Source: an uncultured bacterium (GTDB taxonomy: Bacteria > Babelota > Babeliae > Babelales > Vermiphilaceae). From it: DNA of 64,000 nt. The notes below the pieces were generated by a model. The model was not told where the DNA came from. It did not search any database and saw only the letters and a list, made by a program, of their open reading frames with translations. A program made the position numbers and the translations under genes. The stretch lies in assembly GCA_963701645.1 (NCBI GenBank), contig OY969616.1, forward strand, positions 502,463 through 566,462, given 5' to 3'. Every line of letters begins with the position of its first letter. Positions within the stretch are counted from its first letter, which is position 1. Shown here one piece after another: positions 18,375 to 28,012 of the stretch.

Positions 18375-18950
18375 TTAATTTATTGTTTGTGCATTAATTC
18401 TTTTTTCTGTAATCTCTGTTCCAAAAATTTTTAATGACGAAAAAATTTCAATAGGCGAAATATAATAACTGGGTTCAATAGGTGCAATATCACTGGGAAG
18501 GACTGTATGTTTTTGTTGAATATTGTGCAGTTTGTCGCTGGCCTGCATGGTGATTTTCTTTATTGGTGTACATATTGCTTCATAATTTTCATCATCACAG
18601 TTAAGACCGAAGTCTTTGACTACACAGCCAGGAAAGAATCGTAAACGTAAGTGAACGAGTGGAAACAAAGCAGCTTGAGGGTCTTTGAGCCAAGAAATAA
18701 ATACAGATTCATGATCTGCAATGAATTTTGAAAACTTGCGTGCAATAGAGACATTTATTGGCTGTATTTCTGCTTCTATTTTTTTTGCTATGTCCAGAGG
18801 ACAGCCTCCTACCTTAAGCACTATTTTTTTTTCGAGCCTCATTCGTGAAGGTTCAATTTTTGATGATGCTTCTTTGTTTGCTAATTCGCTGGAATGTAAA
18901 ACATGAGGAGTAATAGAGAGCGTGCTTATAAGAAAAAACAACTTTTTCAT
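18375..18950 (-). CDS. Small secreted hypothetical protein (191 aa)
   Basis: Signal peptide MKKLFFLISTLSITPHVLHSSE. In tandem with 17707-18363. Confidence 0.7.
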   Translation of the reverse strand: MKKLFFLISTLSITPHVLHSSELANKEASSKIEPSRMRLEKKIVLKVGGCPLDIAKKIEAEIQPINVSIARKFSKFIADHESVFISWLKDPQAALFPLVHLRLRFFPGCVVKDFGLNCDDENYEAICTPIKKITMQASDKLHNIQQKHTVLPSDIAPIEPSYYISPIEIFSSLKIFGTEITEKRINAQTIN

Positions 18951-19146
18951 GAAATGATCCTTAAAATAATGTTTGTAAAATCATGGTCAGTATATTGTTT
19001 TCTTTATATTTGTCACGAAATTTGTGTTTTTTTATGATAACTTTTTTATTGCATAAGACAATTCTTGTTTTATGTTATTATTTACGGTATTCTATGAGCA
19101 TATTTGTCGTGCAATATCCTATGTTTCAATTGAGAAGGGCCGTCGC

Positions 19147-21723
19147 ATGGAAATGGCTGATGCCGCGAAAAAAATTACACAGTTTCTTGTCAAACCTATC
19201 TTGATAGAGGAAGAGTTAAAAGATTCTTTTCTTGATTATGCGATGTCGGTTGTTGTTAGCCGTGCACTTCCTGATGTGCGTGATGGGTTAAAGCCAGTAC
19301 ACCGCCGAGTGCTCTATACTATGCATCAGCTTGGTTTTCATTTTAATAAGCCATATCGTAAATCAGTACGTATTGTGGGGGACGTTCTTGGTAAATTTCA
19401 CCCCCATGGTGATCAGGCATTGTATCAGGCGATGGTGGGCATGGTGCAGGAGTTTTCCAAACGGTATCCACTGCTTGATGGGCAGGGTAACTGGGGATCG
19501 GTTGATGGTGATTCAGCGGCGGCAATGCGATATACTGAAGTCCGCATGGCAAAAATTGCCCAAGAGCTGCTTGCCGATATTGAAAAAGATACCGTTACTT
19601 TTGTGCCAAATTTTGATGAGTCAACGGTTGAGCCAACAGTGTTGCCAAGTCGGTTGCCACATTTATTATTGAACGGGGTCTCTGGTATTGCGGTTGGTAT
19701 GGCTACTTCGATTCCACCCCATAATTTAACTGAAATTGTTAATGCATGCCTGACCATGCTGCAAAAACCTGAAATGTCTGATGATGAGTTATTCGCACTT
19801 GTGCCAGCGCCGGACTTTCCAACCGGGGGCATTATTTGTGGCCGTGCGGGGATTGTCAAGGCGTATAGAACGGGTCGCGGCAACCTTATTTTACGCGGTG
19901 TCATTGATATACAAGAGACAAAAAAAGGCACGATGATGATTGTCACCGAGCTTCCGTATCAGGTCAATAAAGCTGATTTAGCGATAGCTATTGCTGGTTT
20001 GGTGCGCGAAAAAGTGATTGATGGCATTACAAATATCCGTGATGAGTCAAATAAAAAAGGGATGCGGTTGGTGATCGAAATTCGGCGGGGGGAAAATCCG
20101 CAGGCAATTTTGAATCAGCTATACAAACATACTAATTTGCAAGTATCGGTCTCTATTTTAATGCTCGGTCTTCTTGATAATCGGCCGCTGGTGCTCAGTT
20201 TACGGGAGCTTTTGCAAGAGTTTTTACATCATCGTAAACAAATTATTTATAAACGTACCACCTACGATTTAAATCGCGCCCTTGAGCGTGAACATCTTTT
20301 GAACGGCTTTATTGTGGCACTGAAAAATATTGATGAAGTGGTAGCTGCAATTAAGCAGTCAAAATCGGCCGAAGAAGCAATTATAAAATTAAATAAAAAG
20401 TTTTTACTGACAGAAGCCCAGGGCAAGGCGATTCTGGACATGAAGTTACAGCGTCTTACGGGACTTGAACAGGAAAAAATACACACTGAAATGGAAGAGC
20501 TCAAGAAAAAAATTGCCCATTTGCAAGCCATTATTGAACATGAAGATATGCTCAAGCAAGAGATTCTAGATGAGCTGAATGAGATAAAATCTACCTACGG
20601 GGATGAACGGAGATCGCGCATTGAAGGACCTATTGATATTTTGACAGAGGCCGATTTAATTCCCGATGAAGAAGTGGTCGTGACATTGACCATGAAAGGG
20701 TACATCAAACGAGTACCGCTTGTTGTCTACGGCGTACAACATCGTGGTGGAAAAGGTAAAATGGGAATGTCGACTCTTGAGGGGACCGAAGATGTCATGC
20801 AAGATGTGTTTGTCGCAAAAAACCATGACATGTTGTTGTTCTTTACTAATCTTGGTCGAGTCTATAGCATGACGGTTTTTGAAGTGCCAGAAGCATCACG
20901 CATGGCGCGGGGAAGAGCGATTGTTAATTTGCTTGAACTTCAAGAAGGTGAAACAGTTGTAAAATTACTCTGTGCGCGTGATTTGGAAGGTAAATTTATT
21001 GTTATGTTATCGAAAAATGGCATTATCAAACGAACAAATGCAACTGACTTTTCAAATATTCGTACAACGGGTATCAGAGCAATAACATTGCGTGAAGGAG
21101 ATGAGCTGATTTTCTGTTCATTGAGCACCGGCAACGATTCTATTGTCATAGCAACAGCGCATGGACAAGGCATTCGTTTCCAAGAACAGGAAGTACGCTC
21201 CATGGGCCGTCAGGCATCGGGTGTTATTGGTATTAGATTGCGCAAAAATGATTATGTTGTTGGTATGGAAGTTATTTTTGATGGCAAAGATCTTTTATTT
21301 GCAACGGAACATGGCTATGGCAAAAAAGTGCATCTGGAAGATTTTCGGCTTGCGCATCGTGGTGGCGTTGGCGTACGCACTATTCCGACCGATAAACGGA
21401 ACGGTTTGGTTATAGGGCTTGTTGTTGTTGAAGCAAATTCCAATATTTTACTTATTGACCAGTCGGGCAAAATTATTCGTTTGCCGGCAACAGAAGTTCG
21501 TGCAATGGGGCGTCAAGCAAAAGGGGTGCGATTAATCAAGCTTGATGAAGGGCAATCACTTGCCGCTATTGTTTCTTTTGCAGAAGAAGATCATGAAGCT
21601 GAAGCCGATGGAACGTCTGTTGCGCAGATGCCAAAACAAAAATTAACACCATTTGATGATGAAGATGGGGACGTGGTTCTTTTTGATCAGGAACAGACTA
21701 ACGATCATGACTATATCGCGTAA
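19147..21723 (+). CDS. gyrA: DNA gyrase subunit A
   Basis: EEELKDSFLDYAMSVVVSRALPDVRDGLKPVHRRVLY and the active-site region AAMRYTEVRM. Acidic C-terminal tail. Start trimmed from 19072 to MEMAD. Confidence 0.98.
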   Translation: MEMADAAKKITQFLVKPILIEEELKDSFLDYAMSVVVSRALPDVRDGLKPVHRRVLYTMHQLGFHFNKPYRKSVRIVGDVLGKFHPHGDQALYQAMVGMVQEFSKRYPLLDGQGNWGSVDGDSAAAMRYTEVRMAKIAQELLADIEKDTVTFVPNFDESTVEPTVLPSRLPHLLLNGVSGIAVGMATSIPPHNLTEIVNACLTMLQKPEMSDDELFALVPAPDFPTGGIICGRAGIVKAYRTGRGNLILRGVIDIQETKKGTMMIVTELPYQVNKADLAIAIAGLVREKVIDGITNIRDESNKKGMRLVIEIRRGENPQAILNQLYKHTNLQVSVSILMLGLLDNRPLVLSLRELLQEFLHHRKQIIYKRTTYDLNRALEREHLLNGFIVALKNIDEVVAAIKQSKSAEEAIIKLNKKFLLTEAQGKAILDMKLQRLTGLEQEKIHTEMEELKKKIAHLQAIIEHEDMLKQEILDELNEIKSTYGDERRSRIEGPIDILTEADLIPDEEVVVTLTMKGYIKRVPLVVYGVQHRGGKGKMGMSTLEGTEDVMQDVFVAKNHDMLLFFTNLGRVYSMTVFEVPEASRMARGRAIVNLLELQEGETVVKLLCARDLEGKFIVMLSKNGIIKRTNATDFSNIRTTGIRAITLREGDELIFCSLSTGNDSIVIATAHGQGIRFQEQEVRSMGRQASGVIGIRLRKNDYVVGMEVIFDGKDLLFATEHGYGKKVHLEDFRLAHRGGVGVRTIPTDKRNGLVIGLVVVEANSNILLIDQSGKIIRLPATEVRAMGRQAKGVRLIKLDEGQSLAAIVSFAEEDHEAEADGTSVAQMPKQKLTPFDDEDGDVVLFDQEQTNDHDYIA

Positions 21724-22834
21724 CGGTATTTTGCATCTTTCATTATTGGATGGTATAGGACCTGTTACTATTCAAAAAATTGTCGACCAGCTTGACAAGC
21801 ACCATGCATGGGATCGCATATATACATTTTCCGCCCGTGATTTTGAGCATATTTGTTACGTGCCTCCGGCAACGGCACAGGCCATAGCTGATGGTTTGCG
21901 TAATAGTGCATTGCTTGAGCGTGAACTTGCCTTACTCTCTATGCATAAAATTTCTTGGGCAACCGTGTATGATACAACATATCCCCCCCTTTTGCGCCAT
22001 ATTCATGCCCCTCCAGCGGTGTTATATTGGCAAGGGGACGATGGATTATTGCAAGCAGCAGCCATTGCGGTAATAGGATCCCGTTCTGCAAATTATTATG
22101 CGCAGCGCGTGATAAACATGATTATTCCTGATCTTGTGCGTGCTGGCTGGGTGATTATTAGTGGCGGCGCACGGGGCGCTGATAGTTATGTACATCAAGC
22201 GACGCTCGATGCGCAGGGCAAAACAGTGGTTGTTCTTGGTTCTGGTTTATTAAAACCGTATCCGTCAGAAAACATTCGTATTTTTGAGACAGTATGTGCC
22301 CATGGCGGTACTGTTATGAGCTCTTTTGGTTTAGAAACAACGCCGGTGCCAGGCAACTTTCCTGCGCGTAATCGTATTATTGCAGGCTTGGCACGCGGAT
22401 GTATTGTTGTGCAAGCAGCGGCAAAAAGTGGTACGCACAGCACGGCGCAGCATGCACTTGAACAAGGCAAAGATGTGTTTGCCGTTCCCGGTCCCATAGA
22501 TGATCCGTTAAGTGCCGGATGTCATGCACTGTTGCAGCAAGGTGCAATCTTGGTACAATCTGCAGATGATATTCTTGCAGAACTGTCCGGTACCGCGGTA
22601 CAAAAAATGGTGGATTTTGGTGGAGAAAAAACTGACCAGTCTTTTGTTGGGCAACCGGTTGTTGAGCGTACGCTTGCAGATGTTGTTGTGAGTAGTTGTG
22701 TTCGTCCCTGTTCATGGGATGATCTTTTGAGCACAACACAAACTGACCTGGTTTCACTTCAGGCAACGTTGCTGCAGTTACAAATAGCGGGAAAAGTACA
22801 GCAAGATATGAGTGGCAAATGGGTGAGTTTGTAG
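21707..22834 (+). CDS. dprA: DNA processing protein DprA/Smf
   Basis: GSRSANYYA...ISGGARGADSYVHQATL...FPARNRIIAGL...VVQAAAKSGTHSTA Rossmann-like DprA core. ATG 21707 overlaps the gyrA end by 17 nt. Confidence 0.9.
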   Translation: MTISRNGILHLSLLDGIGPVTIQKIVDQLDKHHAWDRIYTFSARDFEHICYVPPATAQAIADGLRNSALLERELALLSMHKISWATVYDTTYPPLLRHIHAPPAVLYWQGDDGLLQAAAIAVIGSRSANYYAQRVINMIIPDLVRAGWVIISGGARGADSYVHQATLDAQGKTVVVLGSGLLKPYPSENIRIFETVCAHGGTVMSSFGLETTPVPGNFPARNRIIAGLARGCIVVQAAAKSGTHSTAQHALEQGKDVFAVPGPIDDPLSAGCHALLQQGAILVQSADDILAELSGTAVQKMVDFGGEKTDQSFVGQPVVERTLADVVVSSCVRPCSWDDLLSTTQTDLVSLQATLLQLQIAGKVQQDMSGKWVSL

Positions 22835-22841
22835 TGCATGT

Positions 22842-23786
22842 ATGAAAAAACTGTATTTATTAGGCATTTTTGCTGTTCTTCTTTTTATCTGCACGTACGT
22901 GTATTTTTTTTATGTACCTGATCGCCTACAAAATAGAGGTGGGCAGAAAAAAAATGTTATAGTTTGTACGACTAGTATTATTGCTGATCTCATGCGTATT
23001 TTGGCACAAAAGCATATGGATGTTATATCACTTATGGGCCCCGGCGTTGACCCGCATGTGTATCGGCCAACAGCGGGAGACATGCAGCGATTGGCACGCG
23101 CAAATATTATTGTATATAATGGGCTGCATCTTGAGGGCAAAATTGAAGATGTTTTTGCCAATATAGGGCGATCTAAAAAAGTAATTATGCTTGCTGATGC
23201 AGTATCATCAGATGAGTTAATTGAAACATCGTTTGCTCATGTCTACGACCCTCATATATGGCATGATGTGCAGTTATGGAAAAAAATAGCATATTATTGT
23301 GCGGAACAACTTTCAAGTTACGATACACAGCATGCAACATCATATGTGTCTGCTGCAGAGATGTATTGCAGAGAGCTTGAAAAGCTTGATGATGACATTC
23401 GCGTACAGTGGAACGCTGTCGCAGTAAATCGACGTGTCATGATTACCGCGCATGATGCATTTGCTTATTATGGGCGGGCATATGGCATTATTGTTGTTGG
23501 TCTTCAGGGAATAAGTACTGATGCACATGTAAGCATGCATGATGTCCAGCGCGTGGTCGATATTATTATCACACACAATGTTGCTGCTATTTTTACTGAA
23601 AACTGTATTCCTGAACGGACTATGAAGGCGGTTTGTGATGCGGTACATGCACAAGGGCGCGAACTCCTGCTTGCCCCTGCACTATTTGCAGATTCTTTGG
23701 GTAACACACAAGAGGGCGGAGCGACCTATGAAGCAATGATGCGCTACAATACACAGATGCTGGTGCAATATCTTGGAGGAAAATAA
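22842..23786 (+). CDS. Metal (Mn/Zn/Fe) ABC transporter substrate-binding protein, TroA/ZnuA family
   Basis: VCTTSIIADL, GVDPHVYRPT, NGLHLEG and TAHDAFAYYGRAYG are typical of cluster A-I binding proteins. N-terminal anchor or signal present. Confidence 0.9.
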   Translation: MKKLYLLGIFAVLLFICTYVYFFYVPDRLQNRGGQKKNVIVCTTSIIADLMRILAQKHMDVISLMGPGVDPHVYRPTAGDMQRLARANIIVYNGLHLEGKIEDVFANIGRSKKVIMLADAVSSDELIETSFAHVYDPHIWHDVQLWKKIAYYCAEQLSSYDTQHATSYVSAAEMYCRELEKLDDDIRVQWNAVAVNRRVMITAHDAFAYYGRAYGIIVVGLQGISTDAHVSMHDVQRVVDIIITHNVAAIFTENCIPERTMKAVCDAVHAQGRELLLAPALFADSLGNTQEGGATYEAMMRYNTQMLVQYLGGK

Positions 23787-23789
23787 TTT

Positions 23790-23817
23790 TTGCATTTTTA
23801 CTCTTTGCTGGTACACT
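23790..23817 (+). promoter_or_regulatory. Putative internal promoter TTGCAT-16-TACACT
   Basis: -35 at 23790-23795 and -10 at 23812-23817, 40 nt before the ATG at 23857, followed by GAAACTAATTTT. It resembles the MKY-family promoters. Confidence 0.4.
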
Positions 23818-23856
23818 GAAACTAATTTTAAATATTCCAAAAAAAAGGATGATCGT

Positions 23857-25452
23857 ATGGTACTGTATCTTTCTCTGGCTCTTCTATTTTTACAAACTGG
23901 CTGTGCGTTTAGTGCGGAAAGAGGACGTGCTTTTTTGATGGGTAGCGGAGAATATGCTGATTGGAATAATCTCTTGCCAAGTGACCCAAAAACTGCTGAT
24001 ATTCCAAAAGATGCTGTTGTTACAATATCTTTGGATGACGGAAAATTTCTAGTAACTGCTGACCATGTCCTTGCTCACGAGTCAAAAATGGTTGAGGATT
24101 GTTTTAAAAAGAAATCGCGGGGCCTGCATTATTCAGAAATAACAGAACAAACAATGCAGAATTTATGTAAACTTTTAAAGCAAGAAGCATATTTATATAG
24201 TTTTGATAAGCAACAAGAGAAGGATATTATATTTGCTGCACACGCATTGCAGTTGAAAACTCTTGATCATGTAAAAAATGTGTGGGATATTCTTGTTGCC
24301 AACCAAGCGCGGAGTGTTTTATGGGGTGCCAATGATTATCTTATGGGCAATGAAGGAGAAGCTTCTGGGCGGAGACGGCTATCTTCTTTTGAAGCAGAGT
24401 TACTTGTAAAAAAGGCAAAAAAATATTTGTATGCTGCGACATTTGATACCATATATTCCAAATCAAAAAACGAAAATCATTATAGTGGCAAACCAATAAT
24501 GGCATATTCTCCACGGGGAGATGCTATAGCGTTAGGGAAAATGATTGTTGCTGGAGAATCTGTTCATATATTTTATCCTGATGTTTCAGAGAAAGCATCT
24601 TTCTGTCCTGAAAAACTAAAGGACCCTTATTATATCAATACTATGCATGGTGTTGAGTCGTTGACATATAATCACAATGGGACATCTTTGGCAGTCGGAT
24701 CTAATGTAGTACAAGTGTGGGATATTGAGACAAATCAACATGATGTACTTCATAATTATGGCGACGTTGTCAGTTATGAAGATCTGCATAAAGGACAACT
24801 AAAGTATTGTTGCCTTGCATATACTGCCGATGGAAAATATCTTGCACATGCGCGAGGTAATACGCTGCTTGTTCGTGATACAAGAACGAGCGAGCCATGC
24901 TTTAAAAACCGTGTAGATTGTCATGACAATCTAACAGCGCTTTGTTGGGGAAGTGATAATACACTGATTACAGCATCGGGTGAAGGCATGATTTCAATAT
25001 TTGATCCAAGGACCTTCTACACCAAGGTGAAATGTTGGCAAGCAAGTAAAAATACTATAAAACATATGCAGTGTCATTCTGGCAAAAAATATATTTTAAC
25101 AGAGGATTTTTTGTACGATTATGGAAATAACACAACAAAATTGTCTTCAAAGAGAAAAGCTGCGTTTTTAGGCTTTACATCAGATGATTACCTCGTCAAA
25201 ATAGGATGGTTTAAAGATTCTTCTGACCCTAGAGTTCAGATAGTTAATGAACAAGATGAAAAAGTTGTTTCATGGCCATCTGAACGGGTAGATGCATTGG
25301 CAATAAATCCTACAAAAAAAATTGATGAATTAGAAATGGTGATAGTAAAGGATATAAATGATGGATATACTATTGATCTGTGGCGAGTGCACAAAATTTC
25401 GCAAGAACGCATGGTGGATACTATAAAACAAATTGCCATAAAAAATGAGTGA
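23857..25452 (+). CDS. Signal-peptide protein with a BTB/Skp1-like domain and WD40-like repeats
   Basis: ATG 23857 with an AAGGA RBS. MVLYLSLALLFLQTGCAFSA signal. VVTISLDDGKFLVTADHVLAHESKMVEDCF...IIFAAHALQLKTLDHV (BTB/Skp1 pattern). WD-like units SLAVGSNVVQVWDIETNQ, YLAHARGNTLLVRDTRT and LITASGEGMISIFDPRT. Confidence 0.8.
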   Translation: MVLYLSLALLFLQTGCAFSAERGRAFLMGSGEYADWNNLLPSDPKTADIPKDAVVTISLDDGKFLVTADHVLAHESKMVEDCFKKKSRGLHYSEITEQTMQNLCKLLKQEAYLYSFDKQQEKDIIFAAHALQLKTLDHVKNVWDILVANQARSVLWGANDYLMGNEGEASGRRRLSSFEAELLVKKAKKYLYAATFDTIYSKSKNENHYSGKPIMAYSPRGDAIALGKMIVAGESVHIFYPDVSEKASFCPEKLKDPYYINTMHGVESLTYNHNGTSLAVGSNVVQVWDIETNQHDVLHNYGDVVSYEDLHKGQLKYCCLAYTADGKYLAHARGNTLLVRDTRTSEPCFKNRVDCHDNLTALCWGSDNTLITASGEGMISIFDPRTFYTKVKCWQASKNTIKHMQCHSGKKYILTEDFLYDYGNNTTKLSSKRKAAFLGFTSDDYLVKIGWFKDSSDPRVQIVNEQDEKVVSWPSERVDALAINPTKKIDELEMVIVKDINDGYTIDLWRVHKISQERMVDTIKQIAIKNE

Positions 25453-25541
25453 TAAAACTCGATAGTAAAATTTTATATCCATGGTACACTGATGTCCTGT
25501 TGAATAAAGAGATATCATTATTTGTACCATGGATTTTTTAT

Positions 25542-26252
25542 ATGGCAGCACTTGCAGTACACCATTTGACCGTTATGTATCATCACGAACCTGTTGTATG
25601 GGATGTGTCACTCACCGTTCCCGCAGGAGTTCTTGGGGCAATTGTTGGGCCAAATGGTGCAGGAAAAACAACATTCTTAAAAGCAATTTTACAGTTAGTA
25701 GACCCATTTGCGGGAACAGTGTTTTGGTTTGGTAAGCAGTATGCAGAGAAGCGTCATGCCATTGCCTATGTTCCTCAGCGCATGAGTGTTGACTGGAATT
25801 TTCCCGCATCAGTCCTTGATGTGGTACTTATGGGACGATATTGCCCTGAGCAATGGTTTTGGAGACCGAATAAACAGGATACAATTTGCGCATATGAGGC
25901 AATTGCGCAAGTGGGGCTCGAGCGATATGCTCATGTTGCCATAGGTCAGCTGTCAGGAGGACAGCAGCAGCGTGTTTTTCTGGCGCGCGCGCTCGTGCAA
26001 GATGCCCTTATTTATTGTATGGATGAACCGTTTACGGGGGTTGATGCGCTGACAGAGCAGATGATGGTAACCTTATTTAAAAAATTATGCGCGCAAGGAA
26101 AAACAATTATCATGGTGCATCACGATTTGCAGACTGTACCTTTGTATTTTGATTGGCTTGCGTTGCTCAATAAATCGTGTATTGCATCGGGGCCGGTCGA
26201 TGCTGTTTTTACTAAAGAATATATTATGGCCACCTACGGCAATTATTGCTAA
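25542..26252 (+). CDS. Metal ABC transporter ATP-binding protein (TroB/ZnuC-like)
   Basis: Walker A GPNGAGKTT, signature LSGGQQQR and Walker B LIYCMDEPF. Start trimmed to ATG 25542. Confidence 0.92.
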   Translation: MAALAVHHLTVMYHHEPVVWDVSLTVPAGVLGAIVGPNGAGKTTFLKAILQLVDPFAGTVFWFGKQYAEKRHAIAYVPQRMSVDWNFPASVLDVVLMGRYCPEQWFWRPNKQDTICAYEAIAQVGLERYAHVAIGQLSGGQQQRVFLARALVQDALIYCMDEPFTGVDALTEQMMVTLFKKLCAQGKTIIMVHHDLQTVPLYFDWLALLNKSCIASGPVDAVFTKEYIMATYGNYC

Positions 26253-26253
26253 C

Positions 26254-27096
26254 ATGCTAAGTCTCTATTACAATTTTCTGATTACCATCTGCGGCACCGT
26301 ACTTTTGAGTATGCTGAGCAGCGCGCTTGGTGTTTTTATTGTGCTGCGGCGGTGGAGTTTGCTCGTTGATGCTCTTGTTCATGCATCGTTGCCTGGTGTT
26401 GCTTGTATGTTTTTGTACTGCGCAACAAAACGTGTTGATTATTTGTTGTATGCAGGATCAGTCTCAAGTTTCTGTGGGGCGATGATTGTGCTGCTGTTAT
26501 GGCACAGGACAACGTTGAAAAAAGACACCGCGCTTGGCATTGTACTTTCCGTTTTTTTTGGTACCGGTTTAGTTCTTATGTCCTGTATCCAGAAAAAGCC
26601 TATAGCTCATCAAGCATTATTACAATCATTTTTATTGGGCAAAGCATCACTTATGCTGTGGGAAGATCTCGTTGCATTGGCTGGTATTGGTGTGCTGGTA
26701 ATTATTGCTCTGTGTGTTCTCTGGCATATTTTTCGCATGATTAGTTTTGATATTAATTATGCGCGATCACGCGGATGTTCTGTTATGCTGTTTGATATTA
26801 TACTTCTTTCTTTGCTTATTCTTGTCACTGTTGCGGGCGTGCAAATTATGGGAGTTGTGCTTATGAGCATGATTGTTATTGCTCCTGCAGCGGCAGCGCG
26901 CCAGTGGACAGCATCATTGTTATTCATGATGCTTCTTGCGCTTTGTTTTGGTACCGGTGCCGGAATTGGTGGTGTTATTTTGAGCACATTTTTCCTTTCA
27001 ATACCCACGGGGCCTACAATTGTTATGCTTGCTGGTTTGATAATTTTTATTTCCTTGCTGTGTGGCCGTGGACAAAGGATTCATCATGTTTCATGA
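26254..27096 (+). CDS. Metal ABC transporter permease (TroC/ZnuB-like)
   Basis: Polytopic hydrophobic protein. ATG lies 1 nt after the ATPase stop. ABC-3 type organisation. Confidence 0.9.
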   Translation: MLSLYYNFLITICGTVLLSMLSSALGVFIVLRRWSLLVDALVHASLPGVACMFLYCATKRVDYLLYAGSVSSFCGAMIVLLLWHRTTLKKDTALGIVLSVFFGTGLVLMSCIQKKPIAHQALLQSFLLGKASLMLWEDLVALAGIGVLVIIALCVLWHIFRMISFDINYARSRGCSVMLFDIILLSLLILVTVAGVQIMGVVLMSMIVIAPAAAARQWTASLLFMMLLALCFGTGAGIGGVILSTFFLSIPTGPTIVMLAGLIIFISLLCGRGQRIHHVS

Positions 27097-28012
27097 GCCG
27101 TTTATTATTAGTATGATACTTGCTTGTTTGGCATCGGTTGTGTGCAGTATTCCCGGAACATTTTTGGTGCTTCGTGGTGTTGCGCTCATGAGTGATGCAA
27201 TTAGTCATACATTATTGTTTGGTATTGTCATGACATTTTTGTGCGTGCAAACACTTCATACACCGCTATTATTTGTTGGTGCAGTATGCTCTGGCCTGAT
27301 GATGGTTTTTGTTGTCGAATGCATTGTCCATACGCGACGCATGACGGAAGATGTGGCAATTGGCACCATATTTCCTATCTTTTTTTCGCTTGGCGTTATT
27401 TTGATGTGTTTATTTGTGCATGATGTCCATCTTGATGTTGATATGGTTCTTTTGGGCGATCTTGCATTTGCTCCCTTTGATCGATTTATCTGCCTGGGAA
27501 TCGATTGTGGTCCCTGGGGGTTGTGGATTTTGAGTAGTGTACTTTGTATCCACGGTGCAGCTATTTTTTGTATGTATTATGCACTTCAGTATGCTTTTTT
27601 TGATATGGAAGGGGCATCAATTATGGGTGTACGCGTGCGTCTTGTGCAGTATGGCCTGATGGCAATTACCGCATTGTCAGCAGTTGCCGCATGCCATGTT
27701 GTTGGAAGCATTGTTGTTGTGGCACTCATGATTACGCCGCCAGCAGGAGCATATTTGTTGACGGAACGAGTTTTTCCCATGCTCATGGTGAGTATTTTTA
27801 TTGGGATCTGTGCATCACTGTGTGGCTATGGAGCAGCGCAGTATGCAGATGTTTCTATTGCAGGGTCAATAGCGGCAGTCAATGGGCTTATTTTTTTGTG
27901 TATCCTCTTTTTTGCTCCGCGCAAAGGAATTATAGGTACCTGGTGGTACGGCCGAGCCTGTCGGCGTGTGTATGCGGAGAAATTGGCGGAAGCCTACTTT
28001 TTAAAAAAGTAG
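27086..28012 (+). CDS. Metal ABC transporter permease (TroD-like)
   Basis: Second polytopic permease, paralogous to the first. ATG 27086 overlaps the upstream stop. Confidence 0.9.
   Translation: MFHEPFIISMILACLASVVCSIPGTFLVLRGVALMSDAISHTLLFGIVMTFLCVQTLHTPLLFVGAVCSGLMMVFVVECIVHTRRMTEDVAIGTIFPIFFSLGVILMCLFVHDVHLDVDMVLLGDLAFAPFDRFICLGIDCGPWGLWILSSVLCIHGAAIFCMYYALQYAFFDMEGASIMGVRVRLVQYGLMAITALSAVAACHVVGSIVVVALMITPPAGAYLLTERVFPMLMVSIFIGICASLCGYGAAQYADVSIAGSIAAVNGLIFLCILFFAPRKGIIGTWWYGRACRRVYAEKLAEAYFLKK

Noticed and set aside
28001-28012. 12-nt convergent overlap of the permease gene end and the giant-paralog member 1 end
   Set aside because: Short convergent overlaps are common in compact genomes, and no hairpin is visible. 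It is noted only as a sign that there is no terminator between the two operons.
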